Shown: positions 29,526 to 37,882 of the stretch, piece after piece
Position numbering within the stretch: position 1 is the stretch's first letter
Layout of the letters: every line of letters begins with the position of its first letter
Assembly: GCA_003552585.1 (NCBI GenBank)
Contig: PUNK01000039.1
Coordinates: 7,021-71,020, forward strand
Reading direction: 5' to 3'
From: Thermoplasmata archaeon
GTDB taxonomy: Archaea > Thermoplasmatota > Thermoplasmata > Halarchaeoplasmatales > Halarchaeoplasmataceae
Length of the DNA: 64,000 nucleotides
Made by a program: the position numbers and the translations under genes
Notes under the pieces: model-generated
Databases searched by the model: none
Told to the model about the DNA's origin: nothing
What the model saw: only the letters and a program-made list of their open reading frames with translations

Positions 29526-30085
29526 AAAAACTAAAAAGTTCATTAAATGAGTGCCCTGTTGTCAGGATGAAGGATTATCATTATTTCATCCATCCCCTAA
29601 CCGATGGACTTCCTCTCGTAGAAGCTGAGCTGCTCGAAGAAGTTATCGAGGCGATCATCGAGGTCGCTGACTTTGACTGTGATTACATTTTGACAGCACA
29701 ATCTATGGGATTCCCATTGGCATCTGCACTTACTTTGAAAACAGGGATCCCCTACAAGTTTATTCGAAAAAGAAAGTATGGATTAGAAAATGAGATATCG
29801 GTAAGCCAAGTGACTGGTTATTCTTCAAGTGAGATGTACCTAAATTTTGTGAATGAGGGAGACAAAGTACTGTTGGTCGATGATGTTCTCAGTACAGGTG
29901 GTACTTTAAAAGCCATAATTAAGGCTTTAAAATCCAATGGCATTCAATTCAGCGATATCTTGGTTATTTTTGAAAAGGTTGGTAATAAAGAAGAGATTGA
30001 GAAGGAATTGGGCGTAAACATTAAATCCCTATTAAAAGTAGAAATGAACGGTTCAAAGGTGAAAGTGTTAGGAGAAGGATACTGA
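29519..30085 (+). CDS. Purine (hypoxanthine/guanine-type) phosphoribosyltransferase, archaeal short form
   Basis: PRPP-binding motif 'VLLVDDVLSTGGTLKA', 188 aa. It overlaps the upstream deaminase by 7 nt. Confidence 0.75.
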   Translation: MLEKLKSSLNECPVVRMKDYHYFIHPLTDGLPLVEAELLEEVIEAIIEVADFDCDYILTAQSMGFPLASALTLKTGIPYKFIRKRKYGLENEISVSQVTGYSSSEMYLNFVNEGDKVLLVDDVLSTGGTLKAIIKALKSNGIQFSDILVIFEKVGNKEEIEKELGVNIKSLLKVEMNGSKVKVLGEGY

Positions 30086-30087
30086 AT

Positions 30088-33000
30088 TCACTCTTTTATT
30101 ATACGGGTTTTTTTCCCTTCTTCTTTTTCTTGTACAGCCCTTTGTTTTTTTGTGATAGACCATTTTTTCTTCTCCCTTTTTATACTCCTCTGCTTCTTTA
30201 AAGCAGGCAAAACCATTTCCTCCTCATCTTCCCTCTCTTCAACCTCGCCAACGATATCTATCTCGGGTGGTTCTTCGAGTTCATCATCAGTCTTCTCATC
30301 AAACATCTCTTCTTTGACCACCCTGTGTTTCTTCTTCTTATCCTCCTTTTTCTTCATCACTGGTAATTTTCGCTTTTCAATCGAAGACCTATCACCTTTC
30401 TTTGTCAATACAGTAAGTTCTTTGAAATCTTTTTCATGATATTCCCCAGAGATATGTTCTTGATGATTGATATCATCTAGCCAGTTCTCACCATCCATAT
30501 GTTCTCCATCGTCTGACAATATATTACCTTTCTGAACCACGTTATAGATGAGGAATGAAGACATTATCAAGATGATAATCAATAATATGATATCAGTCCA
30601 ATTACTCATCAATCCTGATGGTGGTGGTTCTACAAAAAACGTCTCGGATGTAGTCCTAACAGTGATATTTTCACCATGTGGATTATAGTCTTCTGCAACA
30701 AAATAGTAGGTATACTCCCCTGGATCAAGATGTGTTTCAAAATAATAGAGTTTACCCTCTGAATAGTTAGTATCTTCTACATCAACCTCTTTGAGCGAAT
30801 AATGGTCTCCATCTATGACTATTTCAAGAAATGTAGGGGGGTATCCATCAGGGTCCGTGTAATTAACTACCCAACGAACCCGGGTGGGCTGGTATGTAAC
30901 GTTCATTTCTATTTCCTCTATGATGGGTGGATTATTGACAGGAGTGACCACAACACTGAAGGGGAAAACAGTATCCCAGTCATCAATGATAGTCACGTTA
31001 AAGGTCATGTTCACTATGCCGGAGAAATATCTTTCCGGTACAAAATCTACACCACCTTCATGGATCCTAACATCTATTGGTTCGTTTCCTTCAACACCGG
31101 TTACTTTAGAACCGGGGGGTAACAACGACTCTAAATCAAATCCGAAGATCTCATCGTTTTCTTCCATAGTGATGTTTAAATAGCTGGCGTAGGTAATAAT
31201 GCTGGACCGATCTTTCCAGATCCTTTCTTCTTGTATATATGAGTCTACTATAGTCACGTTAGATCTTAAAGAATAGAGATGGTATCTGCCACCCAATACA
31301 CTCGTTCCTCTGACCACGATCTCTGCATCCTCACATCTTATTCCGTGTATATCGTTACCAAATATAAGGTTCTGTTCCATCAATGGTGAGCTTTTTTCAA
31401 CATGAACTCCAAAGGGTTCATTATCCTGAATATTGTTATTACTAAACCAAAGGGAAGATGAACTCCATATTCCGCCACCAATATTTGAACGTATTAGATT
31501 ATTGATGACTATCCCTTTAGCCTCTTCCAATCTTAACCCTACCCCCTGATTATCCCTGATCTCGTTCGAGGATATATTCAATTGTTTTGCTCCAAATATC
31601 ACCACACCTGCTCCACTATTATTACCAATATAATTATCATACATGTTTAGATGCTTTCCAGAGAATCTTATTCCTTGTGCTCCGTCTGTAATAAGATTAT
31701 GTTTAAGATATATCTCCGAACTGTTGGAAAAGCGCATACCCCATACTTGTGAATCAGACAGTTCATTATTATCAATACTTGCATTTGATTGAGAAGAGAG
31801 AATTGCGTATCTACACTCCGTAAAAACATTCCCAGATATACTTGTATCACTCGCTTCGAGAGTGATCCCTCTAGAACATGTATCGAATTTGTTATCAACT
31901 ATACGGGTCTCTGAGCCAATAGTGTTGATGGCAGATCCTAAGATCCATTCGAATTCGTTATCTTCTATCAGATGTTCACCATCTTCTAGAATAACAGCCG
32001 AATTTGAGAGATCGAAAAATTCATTCTCCAAAATCTCAGTACGCCCTCCTTTTGCTTCAACACCGGTGTTACCTGAAAAAATATTTCCAATTATTGATGC
32101 AGTGCTAGAGGTAGTACTTATGGCGGCCCCTTGCTGGGAATTAAACTTGTTTTCCTTAATCAACACAGAGGATTCGCGTGTAGTCAATGCAGTATAAAGA
32201 TATCCTTCGAAGATGCTGTTTCTAATAGTTGGCGAAGAAGAATATATCTCCATTATCTTGTTACCACCAAAAAAGTCAGTTTGCCTGATCGAAACATGAT
32301 CCGATTTGATTATGACATCAGTCTTTGCATCCTCACATCCGCTCCCTAATACAACACTGTTCTCGATCAAAACTTCGCTTCCGTCCTCAAAGGTTAAGCC
32401 AATTCCGGACCCCCTACCAAGATCAGCAATATATTCTTCAGGCCTGGCATGAGGTATATCTAAGTCCCATGTATCTTCCTCCCCCATCCTTACCCAGTAA
32501 CCTCTACCAGGCTTAAGGTATTCATCTGCATCTAGTGATCTACGTCCTAATGGAGTTTGCTCTTCGATCTCATCTAAATTATCCCAAACTGTGGAAAAGG
32601 TTTCTTCTGCAGTGAGGGTAACATCCGATGGAAATGAGACCATATTCCATCCTTCAAAAAGTGTAGTCTCCTGAAACTCTGGAATCAAGCCATCAATCTC
32701 CAAGACAATATGGTCGGTGATATTTACAAGTACACCCATCGTACTGTCAATATTTTTTAAAGTGTTGAAATGTTCCGCCCTGGAAGGTTTGTAACTTTCA
32801 TACTCATCCGAAGATGCATTATAATACCAAGCCGAATCGTAACTACCTTCTAAGGGAGATAAAACATTTCTAACCGATTTGTTCTCATAGTAAAATGGAA
32901 AAGATAAAAGGTTTAAACCTTCATTCAATTCTAGCCTGATATCTCTTCGAAGATGTTCTTCATAGCTAGAAATTTTGGAGTCCCTCATCTGAAATACACC

Positions 33001-33258
33001 TTCACTCCTAATTCTGTAGGAGTTTTCGGCCGTATTATTAAGTACTAAGCTAACATTATCTAGAGTAAGGGTCCCTTGTACATCTATACCTCCCTCTAAG
33101 ATTATCGATTTGTCAGACAAAATCACATCCTCACCAGGTGGTACTACGATATCTTCTTCAAATAGTTCCTCTGAACCTGTGCCTAAAGGTAGTACCAAGA
33201 CCAACGAAAGGATTGCTATGCATAAGAGGGTTTTACATCGTTCCATTTTTAACCTCAT
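30088..33258 (-). CDS. Large surface protein with parallel beta-helix (PbH1/NosD-like) repeats, a TM helix and a charged cytoplasmic tail
   Basis: Signal-like N-terminus. There are many 'N.I..N...GI' type repeats ('NEIRDNQGVGLRL', 'NLIRSNIGGGIW', 'NNIQDNEPFGVHV'). TM segment 'IILLIIILIMSSFLIY'. The tail is K/E/D-rich. Confidence 0.65.
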   Translation of the reverse strand: MRLKMERCKTLLCIAILSLVLVLPLGTGSEELFEEDIVVPPGEDVILSDKSIILEGGIDVQGTLTLDNVSLVLNNTAENSYRIRSEGVFQMRDSKISSYEEHLRRDIRLELNEGLNLLSFPFYYENKSVRNVLSPLEGSYDSAWYYNASSDEYESYKPSRAEHFNTLKNIDSTMGVLVNITDHIVLEIDGLIPEFQETTLFEGWNMVSFPSDVTLTAEETFSTVWDNLDEIEEQTPLGRRSLDADEYLKPGRGYWVRMGEEDTWDLDIPHARPEEYIADLGRGSGIGLTFEDGSEVLIENSVVLGSGCEDAKTDVIIKSDHVSIRQTDFFGGNKIMEIYSSSPTIRNSIFEGYLYTALTTRESSVLIKENKFNSQQGAAISTTSSTASIIGNIFSGNTGVEAKGGRTEILENEFFDLSNSAVILEDGEHLIEDNEFEWILGSAINTIGSETRIVDNKFDTCSRGITLEASDTSISGNVFTECRYAILSSQSNASIDNNELSDSQVWGMRFSNSSEIYLKHNLITDGAQGIRFSGKHLNMYDNYIGNNSGAGVVIFGAKQLNISSNEIRDNQGVGLRLEEAKGIVINNLIRSNIGGGIWSSSSLWFSNNNIQDNEPFGVHVEKSSPLMEQNLIFGNDIHGIRCEDAEIVVRGTSVLGGRYHLYSLRSNVTIVDSYIQEERIWKDRSSIITYASYLNITMEENDEIFGFDLESLLPPGSKVTGVEGNEPIDVRIHEGGVDFVPERYFSGIVNMTFNVTIIDDWDTVFPFSVVVTPVNNPPIIEEIEMNVTYQPTRVRWVVNYTDPDGYPPTFLEIVIDGDHYSLKEVDVEDTNYSEGKLYYFETHLDPGEYTYYFVAEDYNPHGENITVRTTSETFFVEPPPSGLMSNWTDIILLIIILIMSSFLIYNVVQKGNILSDDGEHMDGENWLDDINHQEHISGEYHEKDFKELTVLTKKGDRSSIEKRKLPVMKKKEDKKKKHRVVKEEMFDEKTDDELEEPPEIDIVGEVEEREDEEEMVLPALKKQRSIKREKKKWSITKKQRAVQEKEEGKKTRIIKE

Positions 33259-33283
33259 GATAGTTTTAATGTGTCTAGTTTAC

Positions 33284-33541
33284 TCATCCCCCACTCACTG
33301 GGGGTAAGAAGGCGATCTCGTCACCATCTTCTAGTACTTTATCTTTTTTGCCTGTATCTTTATTAACAGCGATAATTATCTGGTTTTCAAGTTCTTTTAG
33401 GCCGGGATATTCGTCACATAACTCAACCCAAAGATTTGAGGCTGTTGTACCTTGCTTGATTTCTTTATTTAATTTACCCTGGCCTACAACTTCTCTAATA
33501 GATGCAAAGAACTTCGCTGTAACAGACACTTTGGCTGACAT
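33284..33541 (-). CDS. MoaD/ThiS-family ubiquitin-like beta-grasp protein (SAMP-like) ending in Gly-Gly
   Basis: 85 aa with 'FFASIREVVG' and the C-terminus 'DEIAFLPPVSGG'. Confidence 0.8.
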   Translation of the reverse strand: MSAKVSVTAKFFASIREVVGQGKLNKEIKQGTTASNLWVELCDEYPGLKELENQIIIAVNKDTGKKDKVLEDGDEIAFLPPVSGG

Positions 33542-33667
33542 TAATGAACTAATCTTTTAACCCCCTTATATTCCTTACGTTTAAAGTACTAAAGTAGACA
33601 CGTAATTGTAAAATTAATTACGACACAGGGGTAAAAATAAAATACATTATACGTATAAGGAAAAATC

Positions 33668-34114
33668 ATGCCATTCGAAATACAAGTTTGTAGCCATTCG
33701 CCGATTGTTTCAAACAACCTTGATGAAATATTGGAAAGGTTCCTCCTGGATATAGGATTCCTATCAGGAAGAAAAAGAGGAGAGGAGCTATACGAAAGTA
33801 TTCCATTCAAACTCTGGACCGAATGCCTATTAGATTCTCCAGAAAAATCGTGGACTGTAGACGAACTATCAGAAACACTGGAAGCATCTAAACCCACTAT
33901 CTATAGGCACCTCAATAAACTGAAAAATCTAGATATGGTCGAGGCAAAAGAAGTGGTTGAAGAGGATAACGGTGAAGTTATAAAAAAGGGGTACAGGCTA
34001 AGACATGGAGATCTGATGCATGCTTGGTACATAACCGAGGCAAATATAGAGTCTGCAGTAAAAAGATATAGAGAAACGGTAGCCAATATCTCTGAACTGA
34101 TTAAAGGTGAATGA
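33668..34114 (+). CDS. Winged-helix (ArsR-like) DNA-binding protein
   Basis: 'WTVDELSETLEASKPTIYRHLNKLKNLDMVEAKE' is an HTH followed by a wing. Confidence 0.6.
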   Translation: MPFEIQVCSHSPIVSNNLDEILERFLLDIGFLSGRKRGEELYESIPFKLWTECLLDSPEKSWTVDELSETLEASKPTIYRHLNKLKNLDMVEAKEVVEEDNGEVIKKGYRLRHGDLMHAWYITEANIESAVKRYRETVANISELIKGE

Positions 34115-34403
34115 TATGTCCCCTGATAGGGACTGCAGTGATTTTAAAAAATTGGTGGACGGCTCCAAATACAAGATAACTTCACTATGGACGAGGGATA
34201 AAATCTTGGAAACCAGAGGAACCTTCAAGGGATATATGTATGTAGGCAAAGATCAAGGATTGAAAATCGAACTAGATGATCCCAAAGAAGAAAATAACGC
34301 TGTTCGGGTGATCCCAAGTCACATGGTACTGTGTATCGATATCCTGGAGCAGGCTGAGCAAAAAGACGAGGATGATGATAAAGGTAGCTCGTATTTTGGT
34401 TGA
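34107..34403 (+). CDS. Hypothetical small protein with an acidic C-terminus
   Basis: The ORF overlaps both of its neighbours (by 8 nt and 4 nt). No family recognised. Confidence 0.4.
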   Translation: MNDMSPDRDCSDFKKLVDGSKYKITSLWTRDKILETRGTFKGYMYVGKDQGLKIELDDPKEENNAVRVIPSHMVLCIDILEQAEQKDEDDDKGSSYFG

Positions 34404-34720
34404 TAACTATGACGATACAAATAGATAGTGACACTCTAGAAGGACGTTTAATCCGTCTCCTTTTAGAGGAAAAGCCGATCACTCTCGAAGAGGCTGCAAA
34501 GGAATTAAAGGTTTCGAAGAAAAAGCTATTGCGCGTCTGCAAATCATTGGTATCTAGAAAGATCATCCAGATGGAGGGACCTAAAGACCATACGTACCTT
34601 AGATTGCTAAGAAAAGACATAAGCTTTCACGGATTGAATCCATCCCAAGAGAGAGCGGTGAAGCACTCAAAAAGAAATAAAAAGCATGAAAAAGAAGTTC
34701 CCGATATGATGTACAGATGA
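34400..34720 (+). CDS. Hypothetical small winged-helix-like protein with a basic tail
   Basis: 'ITLEEAAKELKVSKKKLLRVCKSLVSRKIIQMEG' is HTH-like. The ORF overlaps its upstream neighbour by 4 nt. Confidence 0.45.
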   Translation: MITMTIQIDSDTLEGRLIRLLLEEKPITLEEAAKELKVSKKKLLRVCKSLVSRKIIQMEGPKDHTYLRLLRKDISFHGLNPSQERAVKHSKRNKKHEKEVPDMMYR

Positions 34721-34882
34721 AAAGATTTATATAAAAGTATTTACTTCCTCCATATGTCACGATAACACCCTCCCACCCCCCCTCTTATTTCTTTTTGTAA
34801 TGTTTCCTGATAATTTTGATACTTACCTTGTTAGGATAATTTTAAATCATATTAAGTTAGTAAGATTACAGGAAGTGATTAT

Positions 34883-35134
34883 ATGGATATCAAAAAGGCT
34901 CTAAAAAATATGGACCCTGAGGAGTTAAAAGCATTACTGCCCGAAATAACTGAACGGATAAAAGAACAGTCTTCTATGGCAATGGATCAAGTTTTCAAGG
35001 GGCATGCAATCTTCAAAGCGAAAGTACACGAAGGCGGGAAAGTCACTATACCTGAGGCGGAGATGGAAACAATGGATATAGAGGAAGGTGACATCGTTCA
35101 GTTGATCGTGAGACCCGTAAAGAAAAAACGATAA
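34883..35134 (+). CDS. SpoVT/AbrB-domain protein
   Basis: C-terminal 'GGKVTIPEAEMETMDIEEGDIVQLIVRPV' is a swapped-hairpin motif. Confidence 0.6.
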   Translation: MDIKKALKNMDPEELKALLPEITERIKEQSSMAMDQVFKGHAIFKAKVHEGGKVTIPEAEMETMDIEEGDIVQLIVRPVKKKR

Positions 35135-35135
35135 T

Positions 35136-35627
35136 TTGACGGAAGAAAATATACTTTACTTTGCTTACGGGAGTAATCTTAGCAAGGAGCAGATGTGTGA
35201 GAGAGGAGTCTATTTTATAGACTGTGAAAAAGCGGAACTCCCTAGTTGGAGATTGGCCTTCACAATATACTCCGATATGTGGTGTGGAGGGGTAGCAGAT
35301 ATATTGCCTAGTGAAAAAGGTGAAAGAGTTGTTGGGGTAGTTTACAATATACCTTCAGATGATGTTAGAACTTTGGATAAGTATGAAGGAAGGGTAGTTG
35401 AAGAGGGAGTGGAAACCGGGATGTACAGAAGACAGCATCTACCAGTTCGTATGGATGATGGTTGGAGAACTGTGTTGACTTATTTAGTGAATATAGCCCA
35501 TGATAAAAAAAGAGATCTGCATTTCAAGCCTTCTTCAGAATATATGAATACCATAATAAAAGGTGCCAATGAACACGAATTAGATCCTGAATACATAGAT
35601 TATTTGAATACCATATCTACTGAATGA
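35136..35627 (+). CDS. Gamma-glutamylcyclotransferase (AIG2/GGACT-like) family protein
   Basis: 'LYFAYGSNLSKEQM' (YGSN motif) and 'LDKYEG'. The TTG start lies 1 nt after the upstream stop. Confidence 0.7.
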   Translation: MTEENILYFAYGSNLSKEQMCERGVYFIDCEKAELPSWRLAFTIYSDMWCGGVADILPSEKGERVVGVVYNIPSDDVRTLDKYEGRVVEEGVETGMYRRQHLPVRMDDGWRTVLTYLVNIAHDKKRDLHFKPSSEYMNTIIKGANEHELDPEYIDYLNTISTE

Positions 35628-35652
35628 AAATTGATTTTAATTTTTTCAGAAG

Positions 35653-35696
35653 AAGATGTTTGGGGGTCCTCCCTCTGGTGTACCCCCTAACATCTT
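35653..35696 (+). terminator. Strong hairpin followed by a T-rich tract downstream of the GGCT-like gene
   Basis: AGATGTTTGGGGGT (35654-35667) pairs with ACCCCCTAACATCT (35682-35695) with one mismatch and a 14-nt loop. CTTTCTTCCTTTC follows. Confidence 0.3.
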
Positions 35697-35860
35697 TCTT
35701 CCTTTCATCGTCCAAGTTATATCGTAAATCAGTAACATCATTTTCAATTAATTAACGAATATTTTCGTTTCTTATGGGATTATGCGCTCTATATATTTAA
35801 TATTTATGTTTTATTCGCCACATGATGGAAAAATATATAATATGATGATAGGATAGACCT

Positions 35861-36646
35861 ATGATGAGCGCTAAAAGAAGGGGGATCCACATCACTACAG
35901 ACGGTTTTGAATACGATCGTGTGATAGTACCCATAATGACCGAATACCCTGTGGAAGAACTAGTAATTTTACGAAATACTGATAAATCATATACTGGGGC
36001 CTGGAGATTAGCTGGACATTTTGTAGAAAAAATTAAAGACAGTCCCATTAAGACCAGGGTTATAGAAACAAACATTTATGATTTTAATGAAGTTCTCAAA
36101 ACAACCAGAAAACTGCTGGACGAATATTCTAAAATGAATCTGCCCATATATATAAATATCTCTTCTATGCCAAAGTTGAGTTTGGTTGCCGTAATAACAG
36201 CTGCACTTTTAAAAAAAGAAAGATCAGAAATAGAAGTCTTTTACGTCAAGCCTGAAGAGTATTTGATACCAAGGATATTGGACTGTATCGCAAGGATTGG
36301 AGATGACGAATGTGCAATCGAAGAGCTAAAAGAGATCGGTCAGAGATTTAAAACCAGAGGAGGGGGGGCAGGTATGGTCGATTCAATCAAGATACCCTTA
36401 TTTCCAATCACTCAAATTACAGATTTAGATAAGAATATATTATCTATTTTAGCTGATACAGGAGGTACAGAATCAATCAGCCAGCTAGTGGAAATACTCA
36501 ATAAGGATCGAAAGGACGAAGTAAAAAGATCAACAGTTCAATATAGATTAGATAGGCTCGAAAAATATGGCCTGGTAATAGGAAAGAGAGAAAATAAACG
36601 TTTGAAACTGGAATTAACAAATGTGGGTAGCGCATATCTTTTTTAA
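35861..36646 (+). CDS. Csa3-like regulator: N-terminal CARF-like Rossmann domain plus C-terminal winged HTH
   Basis: The pattern 'IHITTDGFEYDRVIVPI...ELVILRN', 'IYINISSMPKLSLVAVITAAL' and C-terminal 'ILSILADTGGTESISQLVEIL...RLDRLEKYGLV' matches the Csa3 layout as I recall it. Confidence 0.5.
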   Translation: MMSAKRRGIHITTDGFEYDRVIVPIMTEYPVEELVILRNTDKSYTGAWRLAGHFVEKIKDSPIKTRVIETNIYDFNEVLKTTRKLLDEYSKMNLPIYINISSMPKLSLVAVITAALLKKERSEIEVFYVKPEEYLIPRILDCIARIGDDECAIEELKEIGQRFKTRGGGAGMVDSIKIPLFPITQITDLDKNILSILADTGGTESISQLVEILNKDRKDEVKRSTVQYRLDRLEKYGLVIGKRENKRLKLELTNVGSAYLF

Positions 36647-36724
36647 ATCTCTTACACACAAAGTTTATTAACATGAGTTAACATATATTTTCTACCTAAA
36701 AAACTAAAATAGGGAGGTATTAAA

Positions 36725-37276
36725 TTGGCAAAAGTTACTAGAAAGATGGTAGAAGATGCGGGTGTAGATGTAGATGAATTGGTTGAACTTTTGGTCAAAA
36801 ACGCAGCAGCAGAGTTGACCACATTCTATTACTACACTATACTTAGAGTAAACCTTATCGATCTCGAAGGCGAAGGGTTGAAAGAGATAGCAGAAACAGC
36901 TAGGATAGAGGACCGAAATCATTTTGAAGCCCTTGTACCTAGAATATACGAACTGGGAGGAGAACTGCCCCAGGATATGAAAGATTTCCACGATATATCC
37001 GGTTGCCCTCCTGCATATCTACCGGACGACGTTTCAGACGTAAGAAAGATCATGGAAGTATTGGTTGAAGCAGAACGATGTGCTGTTAGACAGTATACCC
37101 ACATCTGCAACATAACAGCTGGAAAAGACCATAGGACCTATGATCTCGCGCAGGCTATACTTCATGAAGAGATACAGCATGAGTCATGGTTCTCAGAGTT
37201 CCTAGGAGAAGGACCATCGGGTCATTACTTGCGTAGGGGAGATACATCGCCATTCGTATCTAAATTCCTGGAATAA
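36725..37276 (+). CDS. Dps-like (DPSL) ferritin-superfamily protein
   Basis: Di-iron ligand motifs 'EDRNHFEAL' and 'HEEIQHESW'. TTG start 6 nt after the SD GGGAGGT. Confidence 0.75.
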   Translation: MAKVTRKMVEDAGVDVDELVELLVKNAAAELTTFYYYTILRVNLIDLEGEGLKEIAETARIEDRNHFEALVPRIYELGGELPQDMKDFHDISGCPPAYLPDDVSDVRKIMEVLVEAERCAVRQYTHICNITAGKDHRTYDLAQAILHEEIQHESWFSEFLGEGPSGHYLRRGDTSPFVSKFLE

Positions 37277-37352
37277 GGGTACTATACATTGTCGTTAATA
37301 GATGAAAAAATACACTTCAAGGAGTATTAACTCTATAAAGCATTAGAGAGTT

Positions 37353-37769
37353 TCATCTTATGCGATCTAATCTGCGTTTTGATTCATATGGACGTATGAA
37401 CCTCTGATAATCCTCTTCTAGAATATCTTTGAAATCCTCTCGATCAACGACCCTAGTTTCAAATTTTTCACAATTGTATTCCACACATCGAGAACAATTG
37501 TTTATACCTTTTTCAATAGCACATGCCCTTACTGGACAGTTATCATCTATAAGATATGGATCCTCCTTAGGACTCAAACACCCGTCACAGGATATATCCT
37601 CAGGAGGTATACGGAATCCAAAATATTTGAACCAACCGTCGCTGATGATCTCTTTGTCTCCTTTGCCCTCAATGTTTTCTTTATAAGCTAGACAAAGATC
37701 ACATCTATAACCACAGCGAGCGATCTCGATTCTACTCTCTTTTTCTTTTTTCATGGTAACTACATCCAT
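37353..37769 (-). CDS. Cys-rich DUF3795-like protein
   Basis: 'CGYRCDLCLAY', 'CDGC', 'CPVRAC' and 'CSRCVEYNC'. Confidence 0.6.
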   Translation of the reverse strand: MDVVTMKKEKESRIEIARCGYRCDLCLAYKENIEGKGDKEIISDGWFKYFGFRIPPEDISCDGCLSPKEDPYLIDDNCPVRACAIEKGINNCSRCVEYNCEKFETRVVDREDFKDILEEDYQRFIRPYESKRRLDRIR

Positions 37770-37825
37770 TCGAAGATATTAAAAAGTGCTTATGCTACTT
37801 TTAAACAAAAATGGTGAGGGCAAGG

Positions 37826-37833
37826 TTTATATA
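37826..37833 (+). promoter_or_regulatory. TATA-box-like element upstream of the thermosome gene
   Basis: TTTATATA lies about 50 nt upstream of the ATG at 37883. An SD-like GGTGA lies at 37876-37880. Confidence 0.4.
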
Positions 37834-37882
37834 GAACCTCAATATACTGAAATTAGATTAAAGAATAACAGAAGGTGAAAAA

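Noticed and set aside
30152-30439. Ser-rich plus-strand ORF, with similar ORFs at 30802-31183.
   Set aside because: They are antisense to the charged tail and beta-helix repeats of the 1056-aa surface protein gene. They are shadow ORFs.
33589-34620. Minus-strand ORFs 33589-33897, 33901-34086, 33998-34249 and 34225-34620.
   Set aside because: They overlap the plus-strand wHTH cassette, whose tight 8-nt and 4-nt overlaps and HTH motifs make it the better coding model.
35843-35875. Two ATGATGA (C-box-like) motifs 12 nt apart, a possible C/D-box sRNA.
   Set aside because: No CTGA D or D' boxes or terminal stem lie nearby. The second motif is the MMS start of the Csa3-like ORF.
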